Source of the DNA: a bacterium
Lineage (GTDB): Bacteria > Patescibacteriota > Patescibacteriia > Patescibacteriales > UBA12465
Length of the DNA: 64,000 nucleotides
Direction of reading: 5' to 3'
Assembly (NCBI GenBank): GCA_021806615.1
Contig: JAJZRB010000001.1
Location: forward strand, 10,754 to 74,753
In this document: positions 1 to 8,532 of the stretch, piece by piece
How positions within the stretch are numbered: the first letter of the stretch is position 1
Layout: the number at the start of each line of letters is the position of its first letter
Made by a program: the position numbers and the translations under genes
The notes under the pieces: generated by a model
Database searches by the model: none
What the model was told of the DNA's origin: nothing
What the model saw: the letters and a program-made list of their open reading frames with translations, nothing else

Positions 1-165
1 TCTGGCTAAACCATGTATCCAGGCAAACGATGAAAGCCACCAGAACCAAGGGGCGGCCGGCGCTTCCTGGATGATCCAGTCCGGTCGAAGCTTTAGGACT
101 TTCAAACTATGCGAAAATGCCAATTTATGGACAGGACTGGTTATTGGATTAAAATTATCCTTCAT
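1..165 (-). CDS. hypothetical protein, 5' end only (gene continues left of the window)
   Basis: Too short for the ORF track. A reverse-strand ATG at 165-163 opens a frame that stays open to position 1 (MKDNFNPITSPVHKLAFSHSLKVLKLRPDWIIQEAPAAPWFWWLSSFAWIHGLAR...). It lies 9 nt downstream of the stop of the preceding co-directional gene. No recognisable motif. Confidence 0.3.
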   Translation of the reverse strand, partial: MKDNFNPITSPVHKLAFSHSLKVLKLRPDWIIQEAPAAPWFWWLSSFAWIHGLAR

Positions 166-174
166 AAATACTGT

Positions 175-1683
175 CTAGAGGACTAAAACTACGCCATGGT
201 TAGCGTTGACTTCCACCTGGCAACCGTCGCACAAGACCTTGGTCCCGACCTGAGTGCCGATGATGCAGGGGATCTTCAGCTCGCGGGAGACGATGGCGGC
301 ATGCGAAGTTATTCCGCCTTCATCCGTGACGACAGCGGCGGCCAGCTTCATCAGTGGCAGATAGTCCGGCCGGGTCATGGTCGTCACCAAGATTTTCCCT
401 TTGGCCATCTTGCCGAACTCACTCTTCTTGTTGATGACCACCACTTCTCCTTTGACCTTGCCGGGACAGGCGATGAGTCCTCTTACTTCCGTCATCTGGG
501 TAGAGAAAGTCGCCTCCAGAGCCGGCACGAATCTCCGGCTGGTCGCCGGATCGACATGGCGGACCGAGCGGCCGTCCCAGTACATCAGCTTGTTATTCTT
601 CAAGAGCTTGGCGCGACGGACCAGATCCTGGGATCTGACCGGGATGGCCTTGACGCTTAAAGGATCATAAATCTTGAGCCTATCCCAGTCTAAGCCGCTG
701 CGCCGGGCGATTTCCGTACCGACAAGCTGCAGATAGTAATTTAGCTGCTGCATCTGCGCTTTGCGTTGATCGCGCCAAAGCGTCATCAGGGAAAACATCT
801 CGAACATCCGGGCCAGCCAACCGGACAGTTTATGCCTTTTTATCAGGGCGCTTTTCCGCTGCCGCAGGGTGGCCTGATATTTTGCCAATTGCTGGATCTC
901 GCCACTAATATCCCGGGAGCCGGAAATGATCTGCTTGACCTGATTGACCACATCAAAAACGCCGATAACCGAGGTATGGGCCCAGCTATTCCGGATCCAG
1001 TGATATTTCTGGACGTAAGCCTCGACGCTGAGCAATAAGCGGGGATGCAGTTTCAGGCGATGAATATTATCGGCGGTTTGGATCTGATTCAGAAGATGCT
1101 GACAATCAGGATCATTCTTTACCAGGCGGGCGATCTTAAGCAGCTCCAGCTCCTGCTCCTGATGGACGAGCGGCTGGCTAGGCATAGTCAGGACATTCTT
1201 CTCGTCCGCGGTCAGGTTCACCTGTTTCTTGATCAGCTCCTGTTCGATCAGGCTTTCCGCGTCGATGTCAAAAATATCCATAAAAAAATGGAGCCACATG
1301 ACATAGGACTGCCAGCCGAGGGAATGGTTGAAGCTCAGTAATCTCTCGTCACTGATCCGACTGATATCAGCTTTGCCTATCTTCTCGAACAGGCGCTGGT
1401 CTTTGGACTGGATGTCTTTCAGCCATCGTGCCTGGAGGCGCCGGGAAAAATTCGGCCGGCGCTTCTCTGTCGCCAGATGCTTCTCGGCTAAAGCCCGGAT
1501 GTGATTCTGCTCCAGATAAGCCCGGTCTTCCTCCGGATCGCAATACCAGAGTATCTTGTCGCGGCTCTTGAAATAGGTGACGCAGCCGCGGCAAGCCAGA
1601 TAGATGAAATATGGCGTAGCCTCCGTCTGTTGGCGGTACCATTTGCTGGCGCTGATCGATTTTAAGCTTAGTGGCGCGGACAT
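175..1683 (-). CDS. PEP-utilising-enzyme swivel (phosphohistidine) domain protein, paralogue 1; no ATP-grasp or TIM-barrel domain
   Basis: 502-aa ORF with ATG at 1683-1681 and TAG at 177-175. The C-terminus reads MTRPDYLPLMKLAAAVVTDEGGITSHAAIVSRELKIPCIIGT (PF00391-type swivel domain), with the His codon at 301-303. The N-terminal ~400 aa shares only short ordered motifs with the other five paralogues (KYHWIRNSW, LWRDQRK). Confidence 0.85.
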   Translation of the reverse strand: MSAPLSLKSISASKWYRQQTEATPYFIYLACRGCVTYFKSRDKILWYCDPEEDRAYLEQNHIRALAEKHLATEKRRPNFSRRLQARWLKDIQSKDQRLFEKIGKADISRISDERLLSFNHSLGWQSYVMWLHFFMDIFDIDAESLIEQELIKKQVNLTADEKNVLTMPSQPLVHQEQELELLKIARLVKNDPDCQHLLNQIQTADNIHRLKLHPRLLLSVEAYVQKYHWIRNSWAHTSVIGVFDVVNQVKQIISGSRDISGEIQQLAKYQATLRQRKSALIKRHKLSGWLARMFEMFSLMTLWRDQRKAQMQQLNYYLQLVGTEIARRSGLDWDRLKIYDPLSVKAIPVRSQDLVRRAKLLKNNKLMYWDGRSVRHVDPATSRRFVPALEATFSTQMTEVRGLIACPGKVKGEVVVINKKSEFGKMAKGKILVTTMTRPDYLPLMKLAAAVVTDEGGITSHAAIVSRELKIPCIIGTQVGTKVLCDGCQVEVNANHGVVLVL

Positions 1684-1687
1684 ATTT

Positions 1688-3133
1688 TTATTTATTATTC
1701 TTTAAAAGCTTGATAACGCCGTGATTGGCATTGACCTCCACTAGATCGCCGGTCTGGAGCGCCTTCGTCGCGATCCTCGTGCCGATGATGCAGGGTAGGC
1801 CCAATTCCCGGGAAACGATGGCGGCGTGGCAGGTGATGCCGCCTTCGTCAGTGATGAGGGCAGCGGCTTTCTTGATTCCGGACAGATATTCCGGACGAGT
1901 CATGGAGGTGACTAACACATCTCCGGGCCGGACATTAATCAAATCCTTGATCGATTTGCAGACCACGACCGGACCGACTACCCGGCCGCTGTTAGCCGTC
2001 GTTCCTTCGATAGAGAGCGGTACGGAGTCGACGCGCGATCGGATCGAATGATAATTTTTTTCTAATTTCCTGAACAACATTCCGGCAGCGATGATCTCCC
2101 GGCCGACGCCCATCCATTGGAAGCAGCCGCGCCGGCGGGCGGCCAAATCGATCCGCAATTTGGTAAAATTTTTAATCCGAGTAAAATCCAGGATCTCTTT
2201 GACGGCCAGGTAGCGTAGATCCGCGACCGGAATCTTGGTCCGGCGGCTGAATTCCCGGATCATGATTTCGGCGTGATAGATCGCCTTGAAGATATTCACT
2301 TTCCTCTCATCCTGCCAAGCGGCGGTCAGGCTGATCATCTTGATGATAGCCGCGATTTCCCGGTCTTTCGCCAGCCAGGCCAGCTCGGCTTTTCCGGCCG
2401 GGGCAGCAGTTTTCTTCGCCGCCGTCAGGTTTTTCAGGCGCCTTAAGAAATACTGGCTATCGGCTGGCCCGGAACCGGTATAATTAGTATTGAACCAGTA
2501 ATATTTTTCAAGATGGCGGGCCAGGAGGTGCGAGCGGGCGCTGGACCGCGCCAATTTTATCTTAAATAGTTCCTTTTCCTCTAAATTGATAAAGGATGGC
2601 TGATAAATATTGGAAAGAGAGGCCAATATTTTATTGATTTTTACCGCCTGATATCTTTCCGCCAACCGCCTTTTAAGATCAGCTTCCAGGCCGACGCTGA
2701 TGATTTCGATGATATGGGCTAGATTCATGGAGTCTACCAGGCAGCGGCCAGCCTCCTGCAGGTTCTTATGCAGCCAGGCATCTGACTGGCTGGCTGGCTG
2801 AGCATCCTTAATGCGCTGGAACCACGAATCATAGTGGCTGAATACGGCGTCGTATCTGGCTCGGATCTTATCTAGATATTGCTTATCGCGCCTGATCCTG
2901 GATCGGATGATCCGCCATAGCTTAGCAAAATCAGCCGCGTCGTAACTGCCTTCGGCGTAATTATCCTTATAATAAAAAAGGAAAGGAGAATAATTAAATC
3001 CTAGATATTTCTTCAGGCGATGGCCGCTCTCCGCCGCCGTGCTTAAATAAAGCGGAACGCCGTTCAATCCCTGGGTCAGCCAGGATCGCTTGAATTGCCG
3101 CTGAAAAAATTTATCTTTCTGCTTATCGGACAT
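1688..3133 (-). CDS. PEP-utilising-enzyme swivel-domain protein, paralogue 2
   Basis: 481-aa ORF starting at ATG, 4 nt upstream of paralogue 1. The C-terminus reads MTRPEYLSGIKKAAALITDEGGITCHAAIVSRELGLPCIIGT, with the His codon at 1826-1828. N-terminal motifs are KYYWFNTNY and AWQDERK. Confidence 0.85.
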   Translation of the reverse strand: MSDKQKDKFFQRQFKRSWLTQGLNGVPLYLSTAAESGHRLKKYLGFNYSPFLFYYKDNYAEGSYDAADFAKLWRIIRSRIRRDKQYLDKIRARYDAVFSHYDSWFQRIKDAQPASQSDAWLHKNLQEAGRCLVDSMNLAHIIEIISVGLEADLKRRLAERYQAVKINKILASLSNIYQPSFINLEEKELFKIKLARSSARSHLLARHLEKYYWFNTNYTGSGPADSQYFLRRLKNLTAAKKTAAPAGKAELAWLAKDREIAAIIKMISLTAAWQDERKVNIFKAIYHAEIMIREFSRRTKIPVADLRYLAVKEILDFTRIKNFTKLRIDLAARRRGCFQWMGVGREIIAAGMLFRKLEKNYHSIRSRVDSVPLSIEGTTANSGRVVGPVVVCKSIKDLINVRPGDVLVTSMTRPEYLSGIKKAAALITDEGGITCHAAIVSRELGLPCIIGTRIATKALQTGDLVEVNANHGVIKLLKNNK

Positions 3134-3170
3134 ATTTTTAATTTAACCGCAATTCCCCGTTCGCGCCAGG

Positions 3171-4208
3171 TTATTTGCTCCCTTCATACTTCTTAGCCCA
3201 ATTAGCCTTCAGCCCTTCCAGGCAGGACATAAGCTCCCCTTCCTGGCTCTTGTCTTTCTGCCAAGCTTGGAGCTTCGCTTGATAAACTTCGTATTCATCG
3301 GATAGTTCCTTGACCCGGTCCAGATCCAGGAAGCATTGCTCCCCGGCAAAGCGGGCCGGATCCTCAAATTCGATCGGGAGTCGCGCTGATGTTTCCTGGC
3401 CGGCTTTTTCTACGATGTCAAAAGATTCGCCCGGCTTGAACATGCCGCCCAGGGCCGCCTCTAATTCCGGATTCCCCTTGGCGTCAGTAAAAGTATCGAA
3501 ACCGATTTTCTCTTCGCCTTGAGCGTTGACCCGGACCATAGTCTTCTTCAGGAGATTTTCCAAGAACCCGCCGTGCGTGCCTTCCATCATGACCAGATCC
3601 TTGGTCAGATTCTCGCCTTCTCCGGCCGCCGCTTTCTTCTCCCGGTAATCAGTATAACGGCCGGCGATCTGCATCATATCGCTTAGCTCATGGGCGGCGC
3701 CCATGGAAAAGACGTGGGATAATTCCTGGTCATCGACGATCATCTTCTTGACGCCGATCGGCTGATACTCCTTCCTGATCTTGCCCCACTTCGGGTCGCT
3801 GGATTTCGGGTCGAAATCCGGATAATCCCGTTTGACCGCTTCATTGATCATCTTGGAATACCCGTCGATCCGCGGCATAAGCGGCCCGGCCAGATCATAA
3901 AACAAACCGGGACGGCGGCGGGTCTCATAGGCCTGTCCAGAAAGCGGAGACTTGACTCCAGAAGATCCGCTGATAGTATCTACGGTCTTAAAAGCCCGAT
4001 CGCTCTTCTCTTGGCTGGCATAGCCTTTGATCACTTCGGCATGCTCCTGTAAACCGCGCCCTTTCAGCTGAGCATCTTTGACGCCATCCTCGGTCAGTTC
4101 GCCGGTATTCGTCCTTTCTGCGTGGCGGATAATCTTATATCTGATGGAGGCTCTCTCTTTTTCGCTCTTTTGTCCGGAGAATAAATTATTGATTTTTTCT
4201 AACATCAT
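3171..4208 (-). CDS. histidine phosphatase superfamily (PGM/SixA-like branch) protein with a large insertion
   Basis: 345-aa ORF. Three family motifs occur in the expected order: IIRHAERT (RHG-type catalytic His), SDRAFKT (S..RA.[QK]T) and EGTHGGFLENLL (second catalytic His). About 150 aa lie between motifs 2 and 3. Motif recognition only. Confidence 0.55.
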   Translation of the reverse strand: MMLEKINNLFSGQKSEKERASIRYKIIRHAERTNTGELTEDGVKDAQLKGRGLQEHAEVIKGYASQEKSDRAFKTVDTISGSSGVKSPLSGQAYETRRRPGLFYDLAGPLMPRIDGYSKMINEAVKRDYPDFDPKSSDPKWGKIRKEYQPIGVKKMIVDDQELSHVFSMGAAHELSDMMQIAGRYTDYREKKAAAGEGENLTKDLVMMEGTHGGFLENLLKKTMVRVNAQGEEKIGFDTFTDAKGNPELEAALGGMFKPGESFDIVEKAGQETSARLPIEFEDPARFAGEQCFLDLDRVKELSDEYEVYQAKLQAWQKDKSQEGELMSCLEGLKANWAKKYEGSK

Positions 4209-4213
4209 ATTTT

Positions 4214-4825
4214 TTAAATTATATTAATTTTTTGAAATTCGGATTTAATGTTTTCTAATCCTTTATAGATTATGATCTTAATCCCGAGACGAGACGCTTC
4301 TCCGGTCATCTCCTCGCGGTCATCAACATAGACGGCTTCCTCCGGTCTGGCGCCAGCCATTTTCAAAGCTTCTTCAAATATGGCTTTATCCGGTTTCCTG
4401 ACGCCTAAATATCCAGACACGGCGGTAACCTTGAAGATCTTATTCAATTCGTTCTGTTTATAGAAATAATCGAACCATTCGCGGGGATTATTGGAAATTA
4501 TTCCGAGGATATAGCGGTCGGATAAAGGTTTTAGATAATCAATCAATTCTGTATTAGGCAATAGCCCGGAGAGAATTAATTCTTTTAATTCGGCCGAGTC
4601 TAAATCCCCGGAAAAATTGTCCCTGACCGACTGGAAATATTCTTCTTCGCTTATCCGGCCGAAAGAAAAATCTTTCCAGTAGCTGTGGTCGTGAATGGCG
4701 GCATAAAGATGGCCGGAGGGAACGCCGTGGAGATATTCATATTGCCGTATTCCTAAAGTGAAGCTTTCCACAGCCAACACATCGGCCACATCAAAGAAGA
4801 TAGCTTTGATCTGATTATTTCCCAT
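4214..4825 (-). CDS. HAD-superfamily hydrolase (subfamily IA-like phosphatase)
   Basis: 203-aa ORF. Motif I is IFFDVADVL (nucleophile Asp present, second Asp position not canonical). Motif II is IISNN, motif III is RKPDKAIFEEAL and motif IV is VYVDDREEM. The start overlaps the stop of the upstream gene by 11 nt. Confidence 0.7.
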   Translation of the reverse strand: MGNNQIKAIFFDVADVLAVESFTLGIRQYEYLHGVPSGHLYAAIHDHSYWKDFSFGRISEEEYFQSVRDNFSGDLDSAELKELILSGLLPNTELIDYLKPLSDRYILGIISNNPREWFDYFYKQNELNKIFKVTAVSGYLGVRKPDKAIFEEALKMAGARPEEAVYVDDREEMTGEASRLGIKIIIYKGLENIKSEFQKINII

Positions 4826-6311
4826 ACCTCTTCAAGACCTTGACAAGTCCGGTCTTCGCATTAACTTCTATCAGATCATTATCCTTAATCACCCGGGTGG
4901 CATTCTTAGTATCGATTACGCAAGGAACCCCCAATTCGCGCGAAACGATGGCCGCATGCGAGGAAACACCGCCTTGGTCGGCGATGATCGCCGCCGCTTT
5001 CTCCATGGCCGGGACGAAATCCGGCGTCGTGAACTGAGCGACGAGAATATCGCCCTTCTTTACCTTGCCGATTTCTTTCTTATCCAGGCAGATTTTAGCC
5101 TTTCCTCTGATAACTCCCCCGAGACAGGCGACGCGGCCGGTTATCTCCTCTACCGGTATAGCATCAACGAAATATTTTTTTTCTAGCTTCTTTATCTCCG
5201 CGGGATCGGAAATCAGCCTGGTCTTAGAATTTCTCACGACCATGGCATAATTATTGAGCCGTCTCTTCATTTCCGCCTGATTCGGCAATTTTTTGCCGGT
5301 CAAGACGCCGAACATTTCTTGATCCGTCACTTCCATGATCCAATCAGGGTTGAAATGCCCGCGCCGAGCGATTTCCGCATACATGAAGCTTGCTCCGTAA
5401 TCAGCCTTAAAGAAAGCCTCAACACGGCGATTGCGCATGTAAGAGTGCTGTCGGGCTTTAGCGATTATCGCCTTGAAGTTTTTATCCGGTTTGATCCTCT
5501 TAAGGGCGGACCGGTAGTCATCCTTTATCTTTTTTTCGGAAGCATTATAAATCATGCTCCTGATAGACTGCCCTTCCTGCACTAATTTTTTCATTTCCTT
5601 CAGGCGATTGACGATATCCTGGAAATTATACGGCTTGCTGGTAGCCAGTCCTCTATTAATATAAGCGTAGCTATCCAAGTGCCTATTAATCTCTTCTTTG
5701 GCGGATAAGGACAGCCGGGCCAGATTTTCTTTCCGGGCGATAAACTTGCCGAGCAGCTTGGTGAGGTTCAAGCGTTCCTGGCTGACTTCTGTCGCCGCCA
5801 TCGGATCCGTAAAAATAAGAACGTAATTGCGGAGATCGGGGCTGGTTGAAGGAAGGTAATCCGTAAGTTTATTCTCAATGGTCTTCTCGAAATATTCATC
5901 TAAAGGGTACTGCGCGTACCAAGGAGAACAGGCATCGCGGTATTCGGACAATAAATCACGTAAGATAACGCCGATTTCCTGGTCGCTTTTCTTCCGCCAA
6001 TCGATCTTTTTGAGCTTGATGCCTTGCTGATAAAGATGCTCAGCCTTCTTAAGCTCCCGGCGGTAGTATTCCTCAAACCATTTATCATGCTTCTTCAAAT
6101 GGCCGATTATCTCCGCTTCGAACTTATTATACTCTGCGGCCTTCCAATACATCATATGGTTGACATAGGTCCTATTCTTCAAAACCGTCCTGATCTTGGC
6201 TTTTTTCGCCGTCTCGGCAGTAAAGGAAGAATTGATCATGAAGCGGAGGAAGATTGGGAGCTGGCCAGACGGCTTGATGCGCCACTGGCCGGAATGAGCT
6301 ACTGCTGACAT
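4815..6311 (-). CDS. PEP-utilising-enzyme swivel-domain protein, paralogue 3
   Basis: 498-aa ORF starting at ATG. The C-terminus reads FTTPDFVPAMEKAAAIIADQGGVSSHAAIVSRELGVPCVIDT, with the His codon at 4956-4958. Confidence 0.85.
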   Translation of the reverse strand: MSAVAHSGQWRIKPSGQLPIFLRFMINSSFTAETAKKAKIRTVLKNRTYVNHMMYWKAAEYNKFEAEIIGHLKKHDKWFEEYYRRELKKAEHLYQQGIKLKKIDWRKKSDQEIGVILRDLLSEYRDACSPWYAQYPLDEYFEKTIENKLTDYLPSTSPDLRNYVLIFTDPMAATEVSQERLNLTKLLGKFIARKENLARLSLSAKEEINRHLDSYAYINRGLATSKPYNFQDIVNRLKEMKKLVQEGQSIRSMIYNASEKKIKDDYRSALKRIKPDKNFKAIIAKARQHSYMRNRRVEAFFKADYGASFMYAEIARRGHFNPDWIMEVTDQEMFGVLTGKKLPNQAEMKRRLNNYAMVVRNSKTRLISDPAEIKKLEKKYFVDAIPVEEITGRVACLGGVIRGKAKICLDKKEIGKVKKGDILVAQFTTPDFVPAMEKAAAIIADQGGVSSHAAIVSRELGVPCVIDTKNATRVIKDNDLIEVNAKTGLVKVLKRYGK

Positions 6312-6322
6312 AAATTTATTGA

Positions 6323-6997
6323 TTAATGATTATTTATTATTTTCTTTTCATTATCTAATAAGTCGTACAGGGTGCCGACCGAGAAATACCCGCGCCTCGT
6401 TCGGCAACCGGAAGCATCATTCAAGATATGGTATAAACGGACGGCCAACCCGGGCAGAGATTGCCGATTTTCTGCCACGGCGCGCCTGAAGCTTCTTAGA
6501 TTATCGAGCCGATCGTCGACATAGACGATGGATCTATATCCGGATAAGAATTTTCCCTTTAAAAAATCGGCGAGCATCTTTTCTGTCTTGACATTAGTCT
6601 CCCCATAGTCAAAAGTGGAATTTATCTTTTGGAAATATTTCTTCAGATCAAACCCGTACTTCTTGCCCAAATATTCCGCCCGCCAACCAATCTGTTGCGG
6701 CACTCCGGTCGTGAAAACCTCATTGTGCTTGGTCCAGGATAGAACCTCCTTGAAACCGGGCTGTAAATCTAAATTGAAATGCCAGCCGGAGCGATATGGA
6801 ATCCTGTGTCCCATCTCATACTCCCGTGGCTTAATCTGATTTAACTTTTTATCAAGCTTCCGCACCAGCCAATCGCCATAAGTCGGGGCGCCGGTTTTTC
6901 CGCTATCCCAATCTTCGCGGAAAAGCGTCTGAGCTAAATCCCAGACATATAGCGTATCCTGGCGGAATATCTTGTTTTTCGGCTGTGGCTTGGCCAT
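6323..6997 (-). CDS. HAD-like hydrolase (divergent)
   Basis: 224-aa ORF. Candidate motif I is YVWDLAQTLF, motif II is VFTTG and motif IV is VYVDDRLDNL. The match is weaker than for 4214-4825. Confidence 0.4.
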   Translation of the reverse strand: MAKPQPKNKIFRQDTLYVWDLAQTLFREDWDSGKTGAPTYGDWLVRKLDKKLNQIKPREYEMGHRIPYRSGWHFNLDLQPGFKEVLSWTKHNEVFTTGVPQQIGWRAEYLGKKYGFDLKKYFQKINSTFDYGETNVKTEKMLADFLKGKFLSGYRSIVYVDDRLDNLRSFRRAVAENRQSLPGLAVRLYHILNDASGCRTRRGYFSVGTLYDLLDNEKKIINNH

Positions 6998-7001
6998 GTT
7001 T

Positions 7002-8528
7002 TTACTTTACTTTACGCACCCAGCCATGATTAGCATTGACTTCCACTAAATCCCCGTCTTTGAGGATTTTAGTCCCTATCTTCGTGCCTATGATGCAAGG
7101 AATGCCTAATTCACGGCTAATAATAGCGGCGTGGCAGGTTATTCCTCCTTCGTCAGTGACAATAGCGGCCGCTTTCTTGATCCCGATAATATAGTCCGGC
7201 CGAGTCATGACGGCGACCAGAATATCGCCTGTTTTAATCTTATCAATTTCTTTGACGCTCGTCACGATTCTTGCCAAACCGCGCGCCTTGCCCGTCGAGG
7301 CGGTCAGACCACGGAAATCTTGGATATGCGATTGATCCTGATGCTTAAATATCTTATCAATAACCGTATCGGCCTTAGCGCCGGACAAGATTTCATAATA
7401 GCTCCCTTTCTGATAAACTATCATCTTCTTCGCTCTTCGCCTGAGTTCTTGATGATCAAATTTTCGCCCTGCTAATAGTTCCAGGACTTCAGCTCGCGCC
7501 AAATATTTCATCTCATCTAGGGTATACCCGTAATGCCGGCCGATTTTTTCTAACAATACGGAGGCATAATGAGTAAACAGGAAAGTCCGCTTCTTGCGTT
7601 CATCCTGCCAATAGGTAAAGTCTTCCGAAATTTTCAAAAGATTTTTCAAATAAGCGCTTAATCTTAATCTTTTAATCAGTTTTTGCTTCGCTTGGCGGTT
7701 ATGAAGCGGCGTGCCGGCTATCCGTCTGATCTCCTGCTTTAAATCCACTGATGAAGATAATAGCGTTTTTATTTCTGACAAGAAATCTCGAGAGCTTAAG
7801 ACATAATTATCATGATAATTATTCTTGATCCAAAAATAGCGGCTAGCGTGCCGTTCTAACGAACGCTTAATCGCCGGCTGTCTCAAAGCTAGAGCCGGAT
7901 TCTTCGATGACTTGATACGCCGGGCTAGGCGCAGGAGAGAAATTTCCGCTTCATTAATGAACGATTGGTGGACTGGGGCCGTTAAGATAGAAAATATTTT
8001 CCCCTTCTTCCTGTCTACCCCCTTGTTTTCCAATAAGCTATTGATCTCATTCTGGATAATCTCATCGCTACCTAAAGCAAAGCCGTCTATTAGAGAGGAT
8101 GAGGTGATGGTCCGATCATAGACATAGGTAAAATTCCGATAAAGTCCAGCCAAGCGGCGTTCGGTAATCTTATCTAAGTCCGTACTGTCCAGCTCAGCGA
8201 TCAATTTGAAAAATCTACCATTATCAATCTGCCATTTCTGGATCAAACGGCCGCTTAAGTCGTGCGTAGCTTTGGCTTTCTGTAAAAAAATATTAGTCAC
8301 ACGCCTGATATCGGCCATATCAATATACCAATCGCCCCGATGATTCTCAAAAATACAAATATGGGAGCTAAAGTTGCCGCCCTTCATTTTTCGCGGTTCT
8401 GCTTTGATCTCCGCCTCAGAGATCATCCAGATAAGATTCAGGCAGCCATCAAAGCGTTGGTTATACCACTTCTTATCTTCTAATAACCCTATGTTTTCGG
8501 CGATGAGTCCGACTTTATATTTAGCCAT
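7002..8528 (-). CDS. PEP-utilising-enzyme swivel-domain protein, paralogue 4
   Basis: 508-aa ORF starting at ATG. The C-terminus reads MTRPDYIIGIKKAAAIVTDEGGITCHAAIISRELGIPCIIGT, with the His codon at 7131-7133. N-terminal motifs are RYFWIKNNY and YWQDERKK. Confidence 0.85.
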   Translation of the reverse strand: MAKYKVGLIAENIGLLEDKKWYNQRFDGCLNLIWMISEAEIKAEPRKMKGGNFSSHICIFENHRGDWYIDMADIRRVTNIFLQKAKATHDLSGRLIQKWQIDNGRFFKLIAELDSTDLDKITERRLAGLYRNFTYVYDRTITSSSLIDGFALGSDEIIQNEINSLLENKGVDRKKGKIFSILTAPVHQSFINEAEISLLRLARRIKSSKNPALALRQPAIKRSLERHASRYFWIKNNYHDNYVLSSRDFLSEIKTLLSSSVDLKQEIRRIAGTPLHNRQAKQKLIKRLRLSAYLKNLLKISEDFTYWQDERKKRTFLFTHYASVLLEKIGRHYGYTLDEMKYLARAEVLELLAGRKFDHQELRRRAKKMIVYQKGSYYEILSGAKADTVIDKIFKHQDQSHIQDFRGLTASTGKARGLARIVTSVKEIDKIKTGDILVAVMTRPDYIIGIKKAAAIVTDEGGITCHAAIISRELGIPCIIGTKIGTKILKDGDLVEVNANHGWVRKVK

Positions 8529-8532
8529 ATGT

